NCBI RefSeq assembly: GCF_009914755.1
Contig: NC_060929.1
Length of the DNA stretch: 64,000 nt
Direction: 5' to 3' (one strand)
Source: the human T2T-CHM13v2.0 reference genome, Homo sapiens
Part shown: positions 1-15,584 of the stretch, in pieces
Numbering within the stretch: the first letter of the stretch is position 1
How the letters are laid out: each line of letters starts with the position of its first letter
The notes under the pieces: model-generated
Seen by the model: the letters and a program-made list of their open reading frames with translations, nothing else
Told to the model about the DNA's origin: nothing
The model's database searches: none
Position numbers and translations under genes: made by a program

Positions 1-218
1 AGTCAGAAAACACAGGATACTCTTATTTTTATATCTGTTATATTTTCACATAAAGAATCATTAGCTTTTTTTTTCCCCCCAACTTTCAGACCCGTTCACT
101 GGTGCTGAATTTGAAGCAGTATATTCTATTAATCTGGGGGAAAAAGCACCATAGATATACTACAGAGAGTCCACAAAGTCTGGAATAACAGGTTAAATAC
201 TGTATTATACTTCTAAAA

Positions 219-407
219 TTTTTATTTTTATTTTTTAAAGAGATGGGCTCTCACTATGCTTCCCAGGCACAAGTTCAGTGGCTATTCATAGGCATGATCA
301 TGGTGCATTGCAGCCTCAAACTCCTGGCCCCAAGTGATCTTACCACCTCAGCCTGCCAAGTAGCTGTGATTATAATGAGACCATGGGTTGGCGCCCCTGC
401 TCCTGGC
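219..407 (-). mobile_element. FAM (fossil Alu monomer, 7SL-derived)
   Basis: Retains the 7SL segment cagtggctattcataggcatgatc that is absent from dimeric Alus. Confidence 0.75.
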
Positions 408-724
408 TTGTGTATTTGTTATACTTTTTTTTTTTCTAGATTAACAATTGGACTTACTGTTTAAACTTTGAGATACTTTCCCTGAAAAGGTATATGGAAA
501 TAGAAGAAAAACATAATGAGCATATTATATGAATATGTAGCTAGCATACTTTAAAATTTTTTATGCTTCTTGACTTTACAGATACCTTGTATATTAATTT
601 GTCTTAATTTGAAACTCATAGAACTTGTGGTTTACAGTTTAGTGAATACTATTAGCTTAAAGGATCTTATCCAAATGCTTTATTTAGATTGAGATGATTT
701 GGAGAAATAAGCCTTTCAGACATG

Positions 725-1400
725 CTTGCGCTTAACTTTTGTGGGTCTAGGAACAAGAGTACAAATGGAGTGTCACATACCGTACGTCTAATTTAAACGT
801 TATAAATCAATCTTAAAAAAGAACTTGCCAAAAAAAAAGTTTCGTCCTCCTTCCTTCGTAAGTATACCATAATAAGACCCTGGGAGGCCAGGTTAGAATT
901 TAGTATTTTCAGACTTGTTGGAGTTTCTTGTATCAGACTGTGGTGGTACAAAGTTACCATCTGGCTTCTGGTCCACAGCCCTCTCTGCTTCTGCTTTCTC
1001 CACTGCTCGTTACTACAATTAAGAGTATTTGGGCAGACCTGTATAGACATCCCAAGCAACATGTTCACATCCTCTGCATACAGTTGACTCTTGGTACCCT
1101 TCAAGCCTAAGGATACACAGTCTAGTTGGTATAGTTTTCCTTCTGGAGTACTGATCTGGTGAAAGAGGCTTTGGAAGCTTGTTGAGGGCTGTTTGGGCAG
1201 ATATTTTAGGTTCTGCATACCCATAGAATGATGTAGCATTAGGGGAGAAAATGTGCTCCAGTTAGACAAGTCCTCTTGGCGCAATAGACTCCTTGCTTCA
1301 TGGGGAGGGTTGTATAGCTGGAGTGGTACCCCCTAACTCAAGGAATCCAGGGCTTGAGCCACTGTTGTTTAGGTCTAAGGGATCCATGTTGCTACATTTC
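725..1400. mobile_element. Probable old hAT-Tip100 DNA transposon (MER115/Zaphod-like)
   Basis: caagagtacaaatggag...cacatac...ttataaatcaa and ggaggccaggttagaatttagtattttcagact resemble the family consensus as I recall it. Boundaries are uncertain. Confidence 0.45.
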
Positions 1401-2656
1401 TGTTTCCTGAAAACTACAGTGGTCGTCCAAGTCACAATACTCTACCTTGGGAAAATTCAACTGGGATTTATTATGCTTTAAAAAAAATGTAGTACAAACA
1501 TTGTGGGGAGATTTGATATCAATTATTTGCTAAGTTTTTCTTGATAGTTCTACTTAACCCACCCAAGTGAATTTTTTCTTTGTTGTTTTGAAACTAGAAG
1601 CTTACTGATATTAAGACATGGATTATCTGGGAATAGTTTTTGGTTGTCAGTCCTTTGATATAAAGCAGAGGTGGCACATTCATAAGCCAACACATCTCAT
1701 ATTGCATATAAGCTAGGAATGTTTAGGCTGTGGGGGATTGTAGAGCATTAATTTCGACATTCTTTTGTGCCTATGCATGAAATTAGACCCCCCTCCCCCA
1801 AACATTATAGACCTGGATTCTTTTTTAAAATGTAAAACTTACTGATTTCAGAATGTTGGTTTCCCTACACTCGTTACTCCCCTACACTCTCTACTCTCCT
1901 ACCTGCTACCCCTTTTAAAACTGTGGTGACCAAAGAACACATCAGTTGGGTTTAGTTTGCTGACTGACAGTTGGGTAATAATGATGTGTGGAGGGAATCA
2001 GCTTGTCTTTGATTGAGACGATATATTAAAAGCGCATATAATTTACCCCCCACCTAGATTGTTCTCCTCTCACCCCCAGATTGTTCTCGAGAGTAATACA
2101 TTTTGAAAATAATCTGTGGGGGAGAGGAGAAGGAAAAAAGAGCTGAGCTGCAACTCCGGTTTCAGAGGTTGTGTCCTGTGCTTGAAAAACACGTAGGAAT
2201 TGGTGAAAATTAGTCTTTTTAGTCTATGCATTGACTCTTGGGAAAGTATGTTGTGCAAGAGATGAGAGTAACAGGTGAGAGTACTATACTGTATTAGAAA
2301 GTGAGAGAGCCCTTTGTTCCATGTAAGACAGTCTTGCCAGTCCAGTTTTGGTTACATGTGGACCTGAGTACATCAAATTTGAGGATTCAGTTTAATGAAA
2401 ATGATGAACATTGTAACATTTTAGTTTGATTTGTTTCATAGTGCTGTAAATACTACTTCATGCTGTTTCTTTTTTGTTAATTTGCTTTTATGAATATATA
2501 GCACTTATCTTGATAAATATACTACAAATGTGATTATTTATTGAGGTTGGCATGTCCCACGAAAGTTTAAAAATTGAGTGTGAAACAATTTTAGCAGGAA
2601 TATCTTTGCTCAAAGAATGAGGTTTTTCAGAACTGAAAAAAAAAAAATGCATTGTA

Positions 2657-2970
2657 GGCCAGGTGCGATGGCTCACACCTGTAATCTCAGCACTTTGGGA
2701 GGCCGAGGTGGGGGATCACTTGAGGTCAGGAGTTTGAGACCAGCCTGGGCAACATGGTGAAGCTCCGTCTCTACTAAAAATACAGTAATTAGCCGGGCAT
2801 GGTGGTGGGCGCATGTAATCCCAGCTACTCAGGAGGCTGAGGTAGTAGAATCGCTTGAACTCGGGAGGCGGAGGTTGCAGTGAGCTGAAATTGCCCCACT
2901 TGCACTCCAGCCTGGGTAGCAGAGCGAGATTCCGTCTTATAAAAACAAAACAAGAAAAACAAAACAAAAA
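2657..2970 (+). mobile_element. AluS
   Basis: Full dimer with A-rich tail. Confidence 0.92.
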
Positions 2971-3120
2971 GTGCACCATAGATTCTTAGGACAACTTTTA
3001 TGTTAAAAAAAGTCTTAAAATGGTTCGGATTTTTAAAAAATGCCAACCATTTTTTTTCTAAAGAAAATTATGCTAGCACATAGGGGGGCCAACAAGAATA
3101 TTTAGGAATTTTTGTGTCTA

Positions 3121-3598
<478 letters not shown>

Positions 3599-3619
3599 TT
3601 AGAATTCAGTGACAACTAC

Positions 3620-3976
3620 AACGGTTTTCCCTTACACAAGGCTTTGCCTTCTGCAATTTCAGTTACCCACAGTCAACTACAGTCCAAAAATATTAAATGG
3701 AAAATTCCAGAAATAATTTGTAAGTTTGAAATTGCATGCTGTTCTGAGTAGTGATGAAATCTTGTGCCATCATGCACCATCCAGGGCAAGATATGAATTA
3801 TCCCTTTGTTTACCATATCTATATATGATACCCGCCCATTAGTCACTTAGTAGTAGCTGTCTCAGTTATTAGAGCAACAATACATGGTGTGTATAGAGTT
3901 CGACACTATCTGTGGTTTCAGGTATATTCTGAGGGATCTGGAAATGTATTCACCCCTAATAAGGGGAGACCACTGT
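3620..3976 (+). mobile_element. TcMar-Tigger MITE (MER44A-like)
   Basis: tttcagttacccacagtcaactacagtccaaaaatattaaatggaaaattccagaaataa...ataaggggagaccactgTA. Confidence 0.75.
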
Positions 3977-4222
3977 ATAGCAAGAAGAGTTCACATTTGT
4001 CCAATGTTATGTTAGAATGTGGCTGTTGTTAGATATTAGGAATGCTCTCTGTGGTAGAGTGTCTACTGCATTATTGAATCTGGTGGTAGTTGGGGATTAG
4101 AAACTGAAGGCCCTTCGGGGTGTGGGTGTGTGGTGGTAGTGGTGATGTTTTTTAAATGCCCATATAGCATGCATGCATGCATTCATTTACTTATCTTTTC
4201 ACTGAACTGGGATGATTAATAA

Positions 4223-4550
<328 letters not shown>

Positions 4551-5031
4551 GGGAAAAAATTTCTTAAAAAGAAATTTCAACCTTCAAAACAAAAAGTATA
4601 TAAACCTGAACACAAGTTGTGCATTTGGAAGAATCTGCTCTAGTCTGCCAATATTTTTTCACCCTGAAGCACAACGTAGCTGGAGTTGGATTTCTGGTGA
4701 ACACTTTAATAATTCCACTTGAAGATGACATTGTTGTATCACCAGTGATCTCCACAATACACCCAAAACGGGGATTTTGAAAAGTGTTGGGATTACAGGT
4801 GTGAGCCACCACACCTGGCTTTCTTTAAGGTAGTATAACCATGCTGCTATTTGTGTATGGTAATAATATTACAAGCAGCTTAGAATGTAGTTGTTTGGAT
4901 GAGTCAGAATATATTTAACCAGTCACTACTAAGGTATATTTATTTAGCACCCTCTCCCATTATTTTTTGCTATTATAATTTAACCCTTTTTGTGAAACTG
5001 TGGTACATATGTCTAGGTGTATTTTTTAGTA

Positions 5032-6890
5032 CAGATCGTCCCCAATTTAGGATGGTTCAATGTAGGATTTTTTTTTTAAATTTTTATTTTATTTTATTTT
5101 ATTTTTTTTATTGATCATTCTTGGGTGTTTCTCGCAGAGGGGGATTTGGCAGGGTCACAGGACAACAGTGGAGGGAAGGTCAGCAGACAAACAAGTGAAC
5201 AAAGGTCTCTGGTTTTCCTAGGCAGAGGACCCTGGGGCCTTCCGCAGTGTTTGTATCCCTGGGTACTTGAGATTAGGGAGTGGTGATGACTCTTAACGAG
5301 CATGCTGCCTTCAAGCATCTGTTTAACAAAGCACATCTTGCACCGCCCTTAATCCATTTAACCCTGAGTAGACACAGCACGTTTCAGAGAGCACCGGGTT
5401 GGGGGTAAGGTCATAGATCAACAGCATCCCAAGGCAGAAGAATTTTTCTTAGTACAGAACAAAATGGAGTCTCCCATGTCTACTTCTTTCCACACAGACA
5501 CAGCAACAATCTGATTTCTCTATCCTTTCCCCACATTTCCCCCTTTTCTATTCGACAAAACCGCCATCGTCATCATGGCCCGTTCTCAATGAGCTGTTGG
5601 GTACACCTCTAAGATGGGGTGGAGGCCGGGCAGAGGGGCTCCTCACTTCCCAGAAGGGGCGGCAGGGCAGAGGCGCACCCCACCTCCCGGACGGGGCGGC
5701 TGCCGGGCGGAGGGGCTCCTCACTTCTCAGACGGGGCGGCTGCCGGGCGGAGGCACTCCTCACTTCTCAGCCGGGGCGGCTGCCGGGCGGAGGGGCTCCT
5801 CACTTCTCAGATGGGGCGGCTGCTGGGCGGAGGGGCTCCTCACCTCCCAGACGGGGTCGCGGCCGGGCAGAGGCGCTCCTCACATCCCAGACGGGGTGGC
5901 GGGGCAGAGGCGCTCCCCACATCTCAGACGATGGGCGGCAGGGCAGAGACGCTCCTTACTTCCTAGATGGGATGGCGGCCGGGAAGAGGCGCTCCTCACT
6001 TCCCAGACTGGGCAGCCGGGCAGAGGGGCTCCTCACATCCCAGACGATGGGCGGCCAGGCAGAGACGCTCCTCACTTCCCAGACGGGGTGGCGGCCGGGC
6101 AGAGGCTGCAATCTCGGCACTTTGGGAGGCCAAGGCAGGCGGCTGGGAGGTGGAGGTTGTCGCGAGCCGAGATCACGCCACTGCACTCCAGCCTGGGCAA
6201 CATTGAGCACTGAGTGAACGAGGACTCCATCTGCAATCCCGGCACCTCGGGAGGCGGAGGCTGGCAGATCACTCGCGGTTAGGAGCTGGAGACCAGCCCG
6301 GCCAACACAGCGAAACCCCGTCTCCACCAAAAAAATACGAAAACCAGTCAGGCGGGGCGGTGCGCGCCTGCAATCGCAGGCACTGGGCAGGCTGAGGCAG
6401 GAGAATCAGGCAGGGAGGTTGCAGTGAGCAGAAATGGCAGCAGTACAGTCCAGCTTCGGCTGGGCATCAGAGGGAGACCGTGGAAGGAGAGGGAGACCGT
6501 GGGGAGAGGGGGAGAGAGAGGGAGACCGTGAGGGAGGGGGAGGGGGAGGGAAATGTAGGATTTTTTTACTTTATGATGGTGTGAAGCAATACATGTTCAA
6601 TAGAAATCCTACTTTGAGTACCAATACAACCATTCAGTTTTTCACTTTCAATACAGTGTTTGGTAGAGTACATGATGTGTTCAACACTTTCTTATAAAAT
6701 AGGCTTTGTGTTGGGTGATTCTGCCCAACTGCAGGGTAATGTAAGTGTTCTGAGCATGCTTAAAGTAGGCTAGAGTAAGCTATGATGTTTGATAGGTTAC
6801 GTGTATTAAATGCATTTTTTACTTAAACCTATCATAAGTGGAAAATATTTCATCGGCATGTAACCCCCATTATAAGACAAGGAGCATCTG
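5032..6890 (-). mobile_element. TcMar-Tigger MITE (MER47A-like) split by the SVA
   Basis: Termini TA-cagatcgtcccc and ggagcatctg-TA. The internal consensus resumes right after the SVA TSD (actttatgatggtgtgaagc...). Confidence 0.8.
5075..6551 (-). mobile_element. SVA retrotransposon, essentially full-length, older subfamily (B/C-like), antisense to ERBIN
   Basis: On + it reads poly-T, SINE-R (ttgatcattcttgggtgtttctcgcagaggggg...), GC-rich VNTR (~5615-6110), Alu-like domain and a degenerate GA-rich hexamer head. TSD aatgtaggattttttt at 5059-5074 and 6552-6567. Confidence 0.95.
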
Positions 6891-7829
6891 TACTTTTTCT
6901 AAGGGTAAATTTTTAAAAGTAGACATTGCGTATACACATTAACTTTATTTATACGTGTTGTCAAATTGTCATCAAGGACATTTATACTATTATATGCTTC
7001 CACTAAGAATGCGATAATAGATGTGTCTATATAATGCTAGCTAACACGTGGTGTTACCAGTTTTTTTTTTAATTGCCAATCTGGTGGAAATAATGGTAAT
7101 TTGATCACTTAAAAATTCATCTAATGAGGTGAGCATCTTAAATATTCTGGCCGGTTTTATTTCATTTCAGGAGTCATGTGTTTATTGCCCTTTTTTCATT
7201 TTTCTATGGAGGCCATCTTATTGATTTGGAAGAAGTATTAATATTTAGATTCTTTAATTTTATAACTTTTAAAAACACAGTTGATAGTGTCCTTTGTCAT
7301 ATGTTTTATGTAGTTTAATATATTTTATGATTTCTAGCTTTGGTCATCTTACACAAAGTGAAGTCAAGACTCATACAATTTAATGTAAGAGCAGGAGATT
7401 TTCGTTTGGGGTTGGTCCATGGACTTGTAAGTATTCTGAGGATGGACTTCATAGTTCTCAAATACAAATTGAATACAACATTGGAATTACACATAAATTT
7501 TTATTTTTCTGATGACAGGTTCAGTCAAATTCATCTGGTTCTCAAATCGTATGACACTTATGACTGTGTGCCCCCTTTTATATAGCATATATATTTAAAT
7601 GCCCCTTTTTTTCTGTTTCAAGTGAAATTCATAGGTAGTATAATCTTCCAACCCATACAAATAATTTAAAAGAAGAAAAAGCAACATGATTTTTTCTTGA
7701 CTGGAACAAAGAACACGTGACAGACAAAAATGTTAGAATACTTTGCCATGACCTCATTAGAAAATATTGTTAAGGCTTTGCGTTGGAGTTAACTGGAACC
7801 TTCAAAAAGTGTTGATACCTGTTTCTTTT

Positions 7830-8350
7830 AAAATTAAACATACAGCTACATCAGTTCCACTCCTAGGTATTTGCCCAAGAGAGGTGAAAACATGTCCCCA
7901 AAATGTATAGGGAGATTTATAACAGCTTTAATAGTCCACAAATTAAAACAGCTCTGCTGTCAGTCAGCAGAAAGAACAGATAAACAAATTGCAGTATATT
8001 CATATGCTGGAATACTGCTCCGCAGTCAAAAAGAATGAACTACTTTTTTCATGATGAAATGTATATGAATGAATCTCTGAAACATTGTGTTTAGTGAAAG
8101 AAGTCTGATACAGAAGAGTACACACTATATGATGGATTATGTTTATATGAAGTGCAGAAATGAGGCTATAGCATTAGAAATATGAGGAGTGATTGCTTGG
8201 TAGGGGCATTGACTGGATGTGGGGCAGGAGGGTACTTTCTGAGTAGTGGAAATGTCCTGTATCTTGATTGGGGTGTTTATTACTCCAAGAGAGTTGTACA
8301 CCTAAGACCTCTGCATTTCGCTATACATAAACTTTACCTCAAAAACAAAC
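7830..8350 (+). mobile_element. Ancient L1 (L1MC/ME-like) 3' end fragment
   Basis: ttccactcctaggtatttgcccaagaga...ggaaatgtcctgtatcttgattggggtg motifs. Confidence 0.7.
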
Positions 8351-11265
8351 AATGAAACAGAGCGAAAATACTGATGCCTATGTCCTACCTTCTAGAGATT
8401 CTAATTTAATTGGTTAAGGGTGTTGGCCTGGGCATAGATGATTCTCATGTGCCGCCAGAGTTAAGAATCACTGATTAGATGCTTTTGCCCTTGGATGTAG
8501 GCTCTTCATGAATGCAACTGCTACTCATGCAGATTGACAACCAAATTATGATTAAGAGAGGCATTGCTATCCTTGACAAGATTTTTTGAAGTGGAGAGAC
8601 AACACTTGGGGAAATTTCAAGCAAGTTTAATCTTCCCTTAATTTACAATCTGTTAAACTAGTGTGTAAAAAAACTCCATCCCTTTGTCTTTATATGTTTA
8701 CAGTTAGGTTCTAGGCTTAGATAATTATAATTTTTTTTTCAGCTTCATGGCTGGAGGACATTTGAAAGTTGGTACAGGATATTAACCATCACTGGCCTTT
8801 GGCAAGTCTATTCATTTTGACAACGAAAATGTTATCATGTATTTTCAAAATGACTCTTTTGACAACCACTGACTGTCTTAATTCCCTAAACCTCCCTATC
8901 CATATGTGTTTAATTTCCATTAAAAGGGAAAAATTTTAAACATTTGATTAAAAACCTTCTTAAAACATTCCAATTTTAGGTCCACAATTCCTTCTGTGTA
9001 ATTCTGAAATTCAGAAATTCCTGAAAATTGAACTTTTCTCTTTTTTTGCTGTCTTCACTTTGCTCCCAGTTAAAAGGGCTACCTGAAGAGGGCAAGTGGC
9101 CTTAATTATGCACAAGCAAGTGTTCTGGCACTATAGTCTCACCCCTGGGCATGAACTTTTTTCCCTAATTCATTTGGTTGATAAAATGTGACTTACGCTG
9201 AACTGTGATGTGAGGCTGATACTGGTGTTTATTTATATCGTTTTCCCATCAGAGTTAATATTTGTAAATTATACTTCCCTGCAGCAGTATTTTCCAAAAT
9301 GAAAAATTCTCAATTCTGAAACACATCTACTGGCCTGAAGAGTTTGGATAAGAGATTGTAGATCTGTATTGCCAATGTATATGTATTAATTGTAATTATT
9401 AAGAGCAGGAGTTTTTAATTTGTGGTTGATCCATGGACTTGTAAGTTAACATTAGCTAGCAGTTAAAGTTAGTGAAAATGCTGTTTTTGAGGGGGTTGGG
9501 AGTCTAATAAAGAGCATCTAGACTTATTTCCATTAGGAAATTCCAGCTTTATTTTGTAATACTAAGTATGACTATTGATGACTTTTTTTTGTCAGTTCTC
9601 TTATTCTGTAGTCTACTTCTTTTACATTTGAGGTAGAGAATGTGTGGTGATGAATTTTAGGTATCTTTGGTGGGGAGGGTGCTTTTTGGTTTTGAGAGCA
9701 AGTGGTCAATTTGACTCACATGATTCCTGTGCTGGTATCATGGGAGCATACAGATGAGTCACTAATGAGGTGCCTTACATAGTACTGTATCTTTTTGGTG
9801 CTGCAGAAAGCTAGTTGTCTGACATTTTTTACCAGAGAGTTGTTGTAAAACCAAGTAAGGTTTCTTATAAGTTGTATATATTTTAAGTTAATATCTGAAA
9901 GAAATGCCTGCTAGAGTAATTACTAGAGTGCTTGACTATGTCGCATTTTTTAAAGCTATGTGGATGGAAGAGCAATTGTTATTTGTAAATGTATAATGTA
10001 TATTAAAGATGATATCTGAATAAAGAGAATCAAGAGTGAGTGCTTTTACATTTGAATGCAAAAGTTCTATAGGTCAGTGATTTCCTTCCTGACTTGTGTC
10101 CCAAAATGTATATAAAATGTGTTTGATTACAACATTTCTTCTTTTCTTCATAAATTGCCATTATGAAAATTTTATTGGGAAATTGGAGAAATTGGCTATT
10201 AAGCTACTAGAAAAATGTCAGAATCCATCCATAAGGCTTCATAGTTTAAAATACAGGTTTACAAATGTGTATGTGTGTGTAATTTGGGTGTGGAATAACT
10301 AAAACCAAATGTTAGGACTTATGCAACGTGAGAGAAGAAACTGAATTTGTATACTATGGTTCTGCCTAAATCTCCGTAGCTTTTTACTATAACATAGTGT
10401 GTTAAATAATGGTATATTTATATTTAGACATTTCATAAATGAAGGTGTTTCATATTCCTGCTTTTATATTTAATACTGGGGAATTAAGTATCTTAAATTA
10501 TTTTCCCCCTCTTTTAGTAATTTTCATCAGGGCCCACAATTTTCTTCAAACATAAGGCTCATCCTGAGGTTAGAAAGATAAACAAGTAATACTTGAACTG
10601 GCAAAATTATTTTTCCATTACTAATACTCTCTGTGTAACTATGCACTTCTAATTAAAGCCTCTTTAAATCTGATATTGTTCATCAATGAACAGTTTGGTT
10701 TAGTAATACTAATTAAGGATGGTTCTAAAATTTAAAACTTTGAAAATTAGGATTGTTTCATTTAGTCTAATGCTTTTGATTTGTAATTCTTACAGTGGTT
10801 GTTCATAGGATATTAACTTTTCCAGTTACCAGATAAAGGTTTTTTGTTTTCCAGATGATCTGTCTTGAGATTAATTTTTTAAAACAACAAAATATACATT
10901 TGTCTCATTTGAGTATCAGGTCATAATTCCATTATTCACAGAAGTTTCATCATGTGATTGATTACTTTTTAAAAGGTAAATTTTTGATAGAATTAATTAA
11001 AATAACTACTTTAGAATAGCTTTTTATTGCATAACAATAATTCTCATAGATCCATCCAAATAAAGGTGAATAAATTACTTTTTTATTCTTTTGTTCTTTT
11101 CTAAAGTAGTTTCCTATATGCATTGGTTGTTATTATTTGGAAACTATTAACTGAGTAATATTAAATTGGCAACTTTGAGGTAGGATACAACCAAACAAAT
11201 GGAATTCTCAAGTTATCACTCTGTCAACTATATCTAGAGTTTACTTTTGATCTTTAAAAACTTTA

Positions 11266-11611
<346 letters not shown>

Positions 11612-11659
11612 TTATTTTTTTATAAGTGATTTGCGTTTTTGGTATGACTATTTTCTTTC

Positions 11660-11969
11660 TTTTCTTTTTTTTTTTTTTGAGATGGAGTCTCGCTCTGTCG
11701 CCCAGGCTGGAGTGCAGTGGTGCGATTTCAACTCACTGCAAGCTCCGCCTCCTGGAGTATTAAATATAAAAGCCATTCTCCTGCCTCAGCTTCCCGAGTA
11801 GCTGGGACTACAGGCGCCTGCCACCATGCTTGGCTAATTTTTTGTATTTTTAGTAGAGACGGGGTTTCACCATGTTAGCCAGGATGGTCTTGGTCTCCTG
11901 ACATTGTGATCTGCCTGCATCGGCCTCCCAAAGTGTTGGGATTACAGGCGTGAGCCACTGCGCCTGGCC
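11660..11969 (-). mobile_element. AluY-like
   Basis: gcaagctccgcc / gccattctc / gttagccaggatgg diagnostics. TSD ggtRtgactattttctttc. Confidence 0.92.
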
Positions 11970-12225
11970 GGTGTGACTATTTTCTTTCAAGTTGAAAGTC
12001 GGGTTCCATGAAACTCTAGTATTAGATGGATTTAGGTGAAGGTTAATACCTCTGATTGTTTGAGGCCTGAAATATAACTAATTAAGCAGTAGTGAATCTC
12101 TTACTACATTTGCTTCAAAGCAGCTACTTCATAATTGAACGTGTGTGTCATTAATTCTAGAAATCTGTTACACATTGATTTGGTGTTGTATCAGAGGAGG
12201 ATACAGAAGAGGAATGGCACTGACT

Positions 12226-12394
12226 AGTGGTTTTAAGGCACAATATTGGAATCACCTGGAGAGCTCATAACATGTACATACCTTGACTGTGTCCCAGGCC
12301 TTTTGGGGCAGAATCCTGCTGGTTGGAGAACAGGCAGTGTAGTTTGGTAAAATCTTCAGATAATTCTGATATACTCATTTGTATAAGATTACTG
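12226..12394. mobile_element. hAT-Charlie MER5A-like MITE
   Basis: agtggtttt...ggaatcacctggagagct...gataattctgat...aagattactg. Confidence 0.55.
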
Positions 12395-12566
12395 AAATTC
12401 TATCCTCAAGGAATATATACTTTGTCAGAGGAAGGAAAACTATGTACTTGCAACAAACATGGGCTGTGTATAATGACAGCAATAATAATAATGATAGCCA
12501 ACATTTGTATGACACATATCCTGTGCAGAAGCATTGATTTTCAGGTACTGCAGACATTTGCACTAA

Positions 12567-12954
<388 letters not shown>

Positions 12955-13251
12955 AGAACAATCTTTTAAAAACTTAAATTAGATATTACTCTTCTTGTTT
13001 AAAACTTTCTAATGAATTCTCATTGTGATTAGAATAAAATGTAAACTGCTTAAAATGTAAACTGCTTATTATGATTTATAAGGTGGGTACTTGGTCTGTT
13101 TGGGTTCTGTGATGTCATCTTACATAATTGTTTCTGTGTTCATTATGTGGTGGTCACACTGGTGTTTGTTCCCACATCCAGGCATTTATACCTTCTCTTT
13201 TGGCTGGATTGCTTTTCTCCAGATCTATGACAGGCTGTTCTTACCAGATTT

Positions 13252-13559
13252 GTTTTTTGTTGTTTTTTTTTTTTTTTTTGAGACGGAGTCTCACTCTGTT
13301 GCCCGAGCTGGAGTACAGTGGGCGATCTTGGCTCACTGCACCCTTCGCCTCCTGGGTTCAAGCGATTCTCCTGTCTCAGCCTCTCAGGTAGCTGGGACTA
13401 CAGGCATGTGCTACCATGCCTGGCTAATTTTTGTATTTTTAGTAGAGGTGGGTTTCACCATGTTGGTCAGGCTAATCTTGAACTTCTGAGTTCAAGTGGT
13501 TTGCCCACCTCGGCCTCCCGAAGTGCTGGGATTACAGGTGTGAACCACTGCACCTGGCC
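13252..13559 (-). mobile_element. AluS
   Basis: Reverse-complement dimer. Confidence 0.92.
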
Positions 13560-14211
13560 CCATTCTTATCAGATTTAACCTTCAGTGAGATTTCTCTCGT
13601 TCACTCTGTCTGAAGTTGCTCTTCCTCTGATTCCTCTCCCCTTAATGTGTTTTTAGTTCATGGCACATAACACAATCTGAATTTTCCTTATCATTTACTA
13701 TTGTTTTTTCCTTCTTGGAATGTAAGCTCATTAAGCCCAGACATCTTGTATATATTTAGTCATGCCTGTATCCTCTTGATAAATCCATGGGATCAAATAG
13801 TGTCCCTTGAAGCATCATCACATGCAAATAAAATGACGGTGCAGTTAACCTCTACTATAACAAGGTATGTTAGGCTTTTTCTGTATGTGTTCTCATGTGA
13901 AATGTTAGAGTTGAACATTTTCTGTAAAATTGTTTAATATACAGTCATGTGCCACATAATGACATTTTGGTCAATGATAGACTATAAACAATGTTGGTTT
14001 CATAACATTATAATGAAGCTGAAAAATATCTATTCCCTAGTGATATAGCTGTCATAATTTTAAAGTGTATTACATGACTCATGGGGTTGTGTTGATGTTT
14101 GTGTAAACAAACTTTCTGCACTGCCAGTTGTATAAAAGTATAAGTACAGTTATGTACAGTACACAGTACTTGACAATGACAGTAAACAACTGTTACTGGT
14201 TTATGTATTTA

Positions 14212-14583
<372 letters not shown>

Positions 14584-14850
14584 TCATTCCATGACAGGAC
14601 CTTCAGGAAGTATTCCAGAAGAAGGCATTGTTATCATAGGAGATGACAGTTCCGGTTGTGTTGTTGCCCCTGAAGACCTTCCAGTCAGACAAGATATGGA
14701 GGTGGAAGACGGATAGTAATGATCCTGACCCTGTATAGGCCTAGGCTAATGTGTGTGTTTGTGTTTTCATTTTTAACCAAAAAGTTTAAAAAGTTAAAAA
14801 AAAATTTCTTTTAAATAGGAAGAAAAAAGCATATAAAATAAGGATATAGG

Positions 14851-14982
14851 AGCTGGGCCTGGTAGTGTATGCCTGGTAGTCCCAACTACTTAGGAGGCTG
14901 AGGTGGGAGGATCCCTTGAGCCCAGGAGTTTGAGTCCAGCCTGGGTAACATAGAGAGATCCCATCTCTAAGAAAAAGAAAAA
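14851..14982 (+). mobile_element. FLAM monomer inside Tigger3b
   Basis: Single Alu arm with A tail. Confidence 0.8.
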
Positions 14983-15584
14983 ATATTCTGGTTAGCTGTA
15001 CTGTGTGTTTGTGTTTTACACCGTGTTATTACAAAAGTTAAGATTTTTTTAAAAAGAAAAAGTTTATAACGTTATAATAAGCTAAGGTTTATTATTAAAG
15101 AAAAAAAATTTTAAATAAATTTACATAGCCTAAGTGTTTATAAAGTCTGCAGTAGTGTACAGTAGTGTCCTAGACCTTCACATTCACTCACTACTCACTC
15201 ACTGACCCACAGCAATTTCCAGCCCTGCAAGCTCTATTTATAATAGGTGTACTAGTTTTTTTTTTATCTTTCATACCATATTTTTGCTGCACTGTTTCTA
15301 TGTTTAGATATGTTTAAATACACAAATACTTATCATTGTGTCACAGATGCCTGCTGTATTCAGTACATCAGCATGCGGTACGTGTTCTTAGTCTAGTGGC
15401 AGTAGGCTACACCATATAGCCTAGAGGTGTAGTAGGTTATACCATCTAGGTTTCTGTAAGTAGACTCTGTGATGTTTGTACAATGATGAAATTGCCAAAC
15501 AGTGCATTTCTTAGAACACATCCTGTCAAGCAATGCACGATTGTTTCTTCCAACAAAGATGCCTTTGGTTAATCAGACCTTATA

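Noticed and set aside
793-1284. 163-aa minus-strand ORF
   Set aside because: Non-ATG start, no recognisable domain, and it overlaps what looks like an old hAT DNA-transposon fossil.
5548-6330. Overlapping long Arg/Gly/Pro-rich ORFs (also 24864-25397)
   Set aside because: Stop-poor GC-rich SVA VNTR and Alu-like sequence, not genes.
13036-13068. 16-bp tandem repeat aaaatgtaaactgctt x2
   Set aside because: Ordinary slippage duplication in an L2-like remnant.
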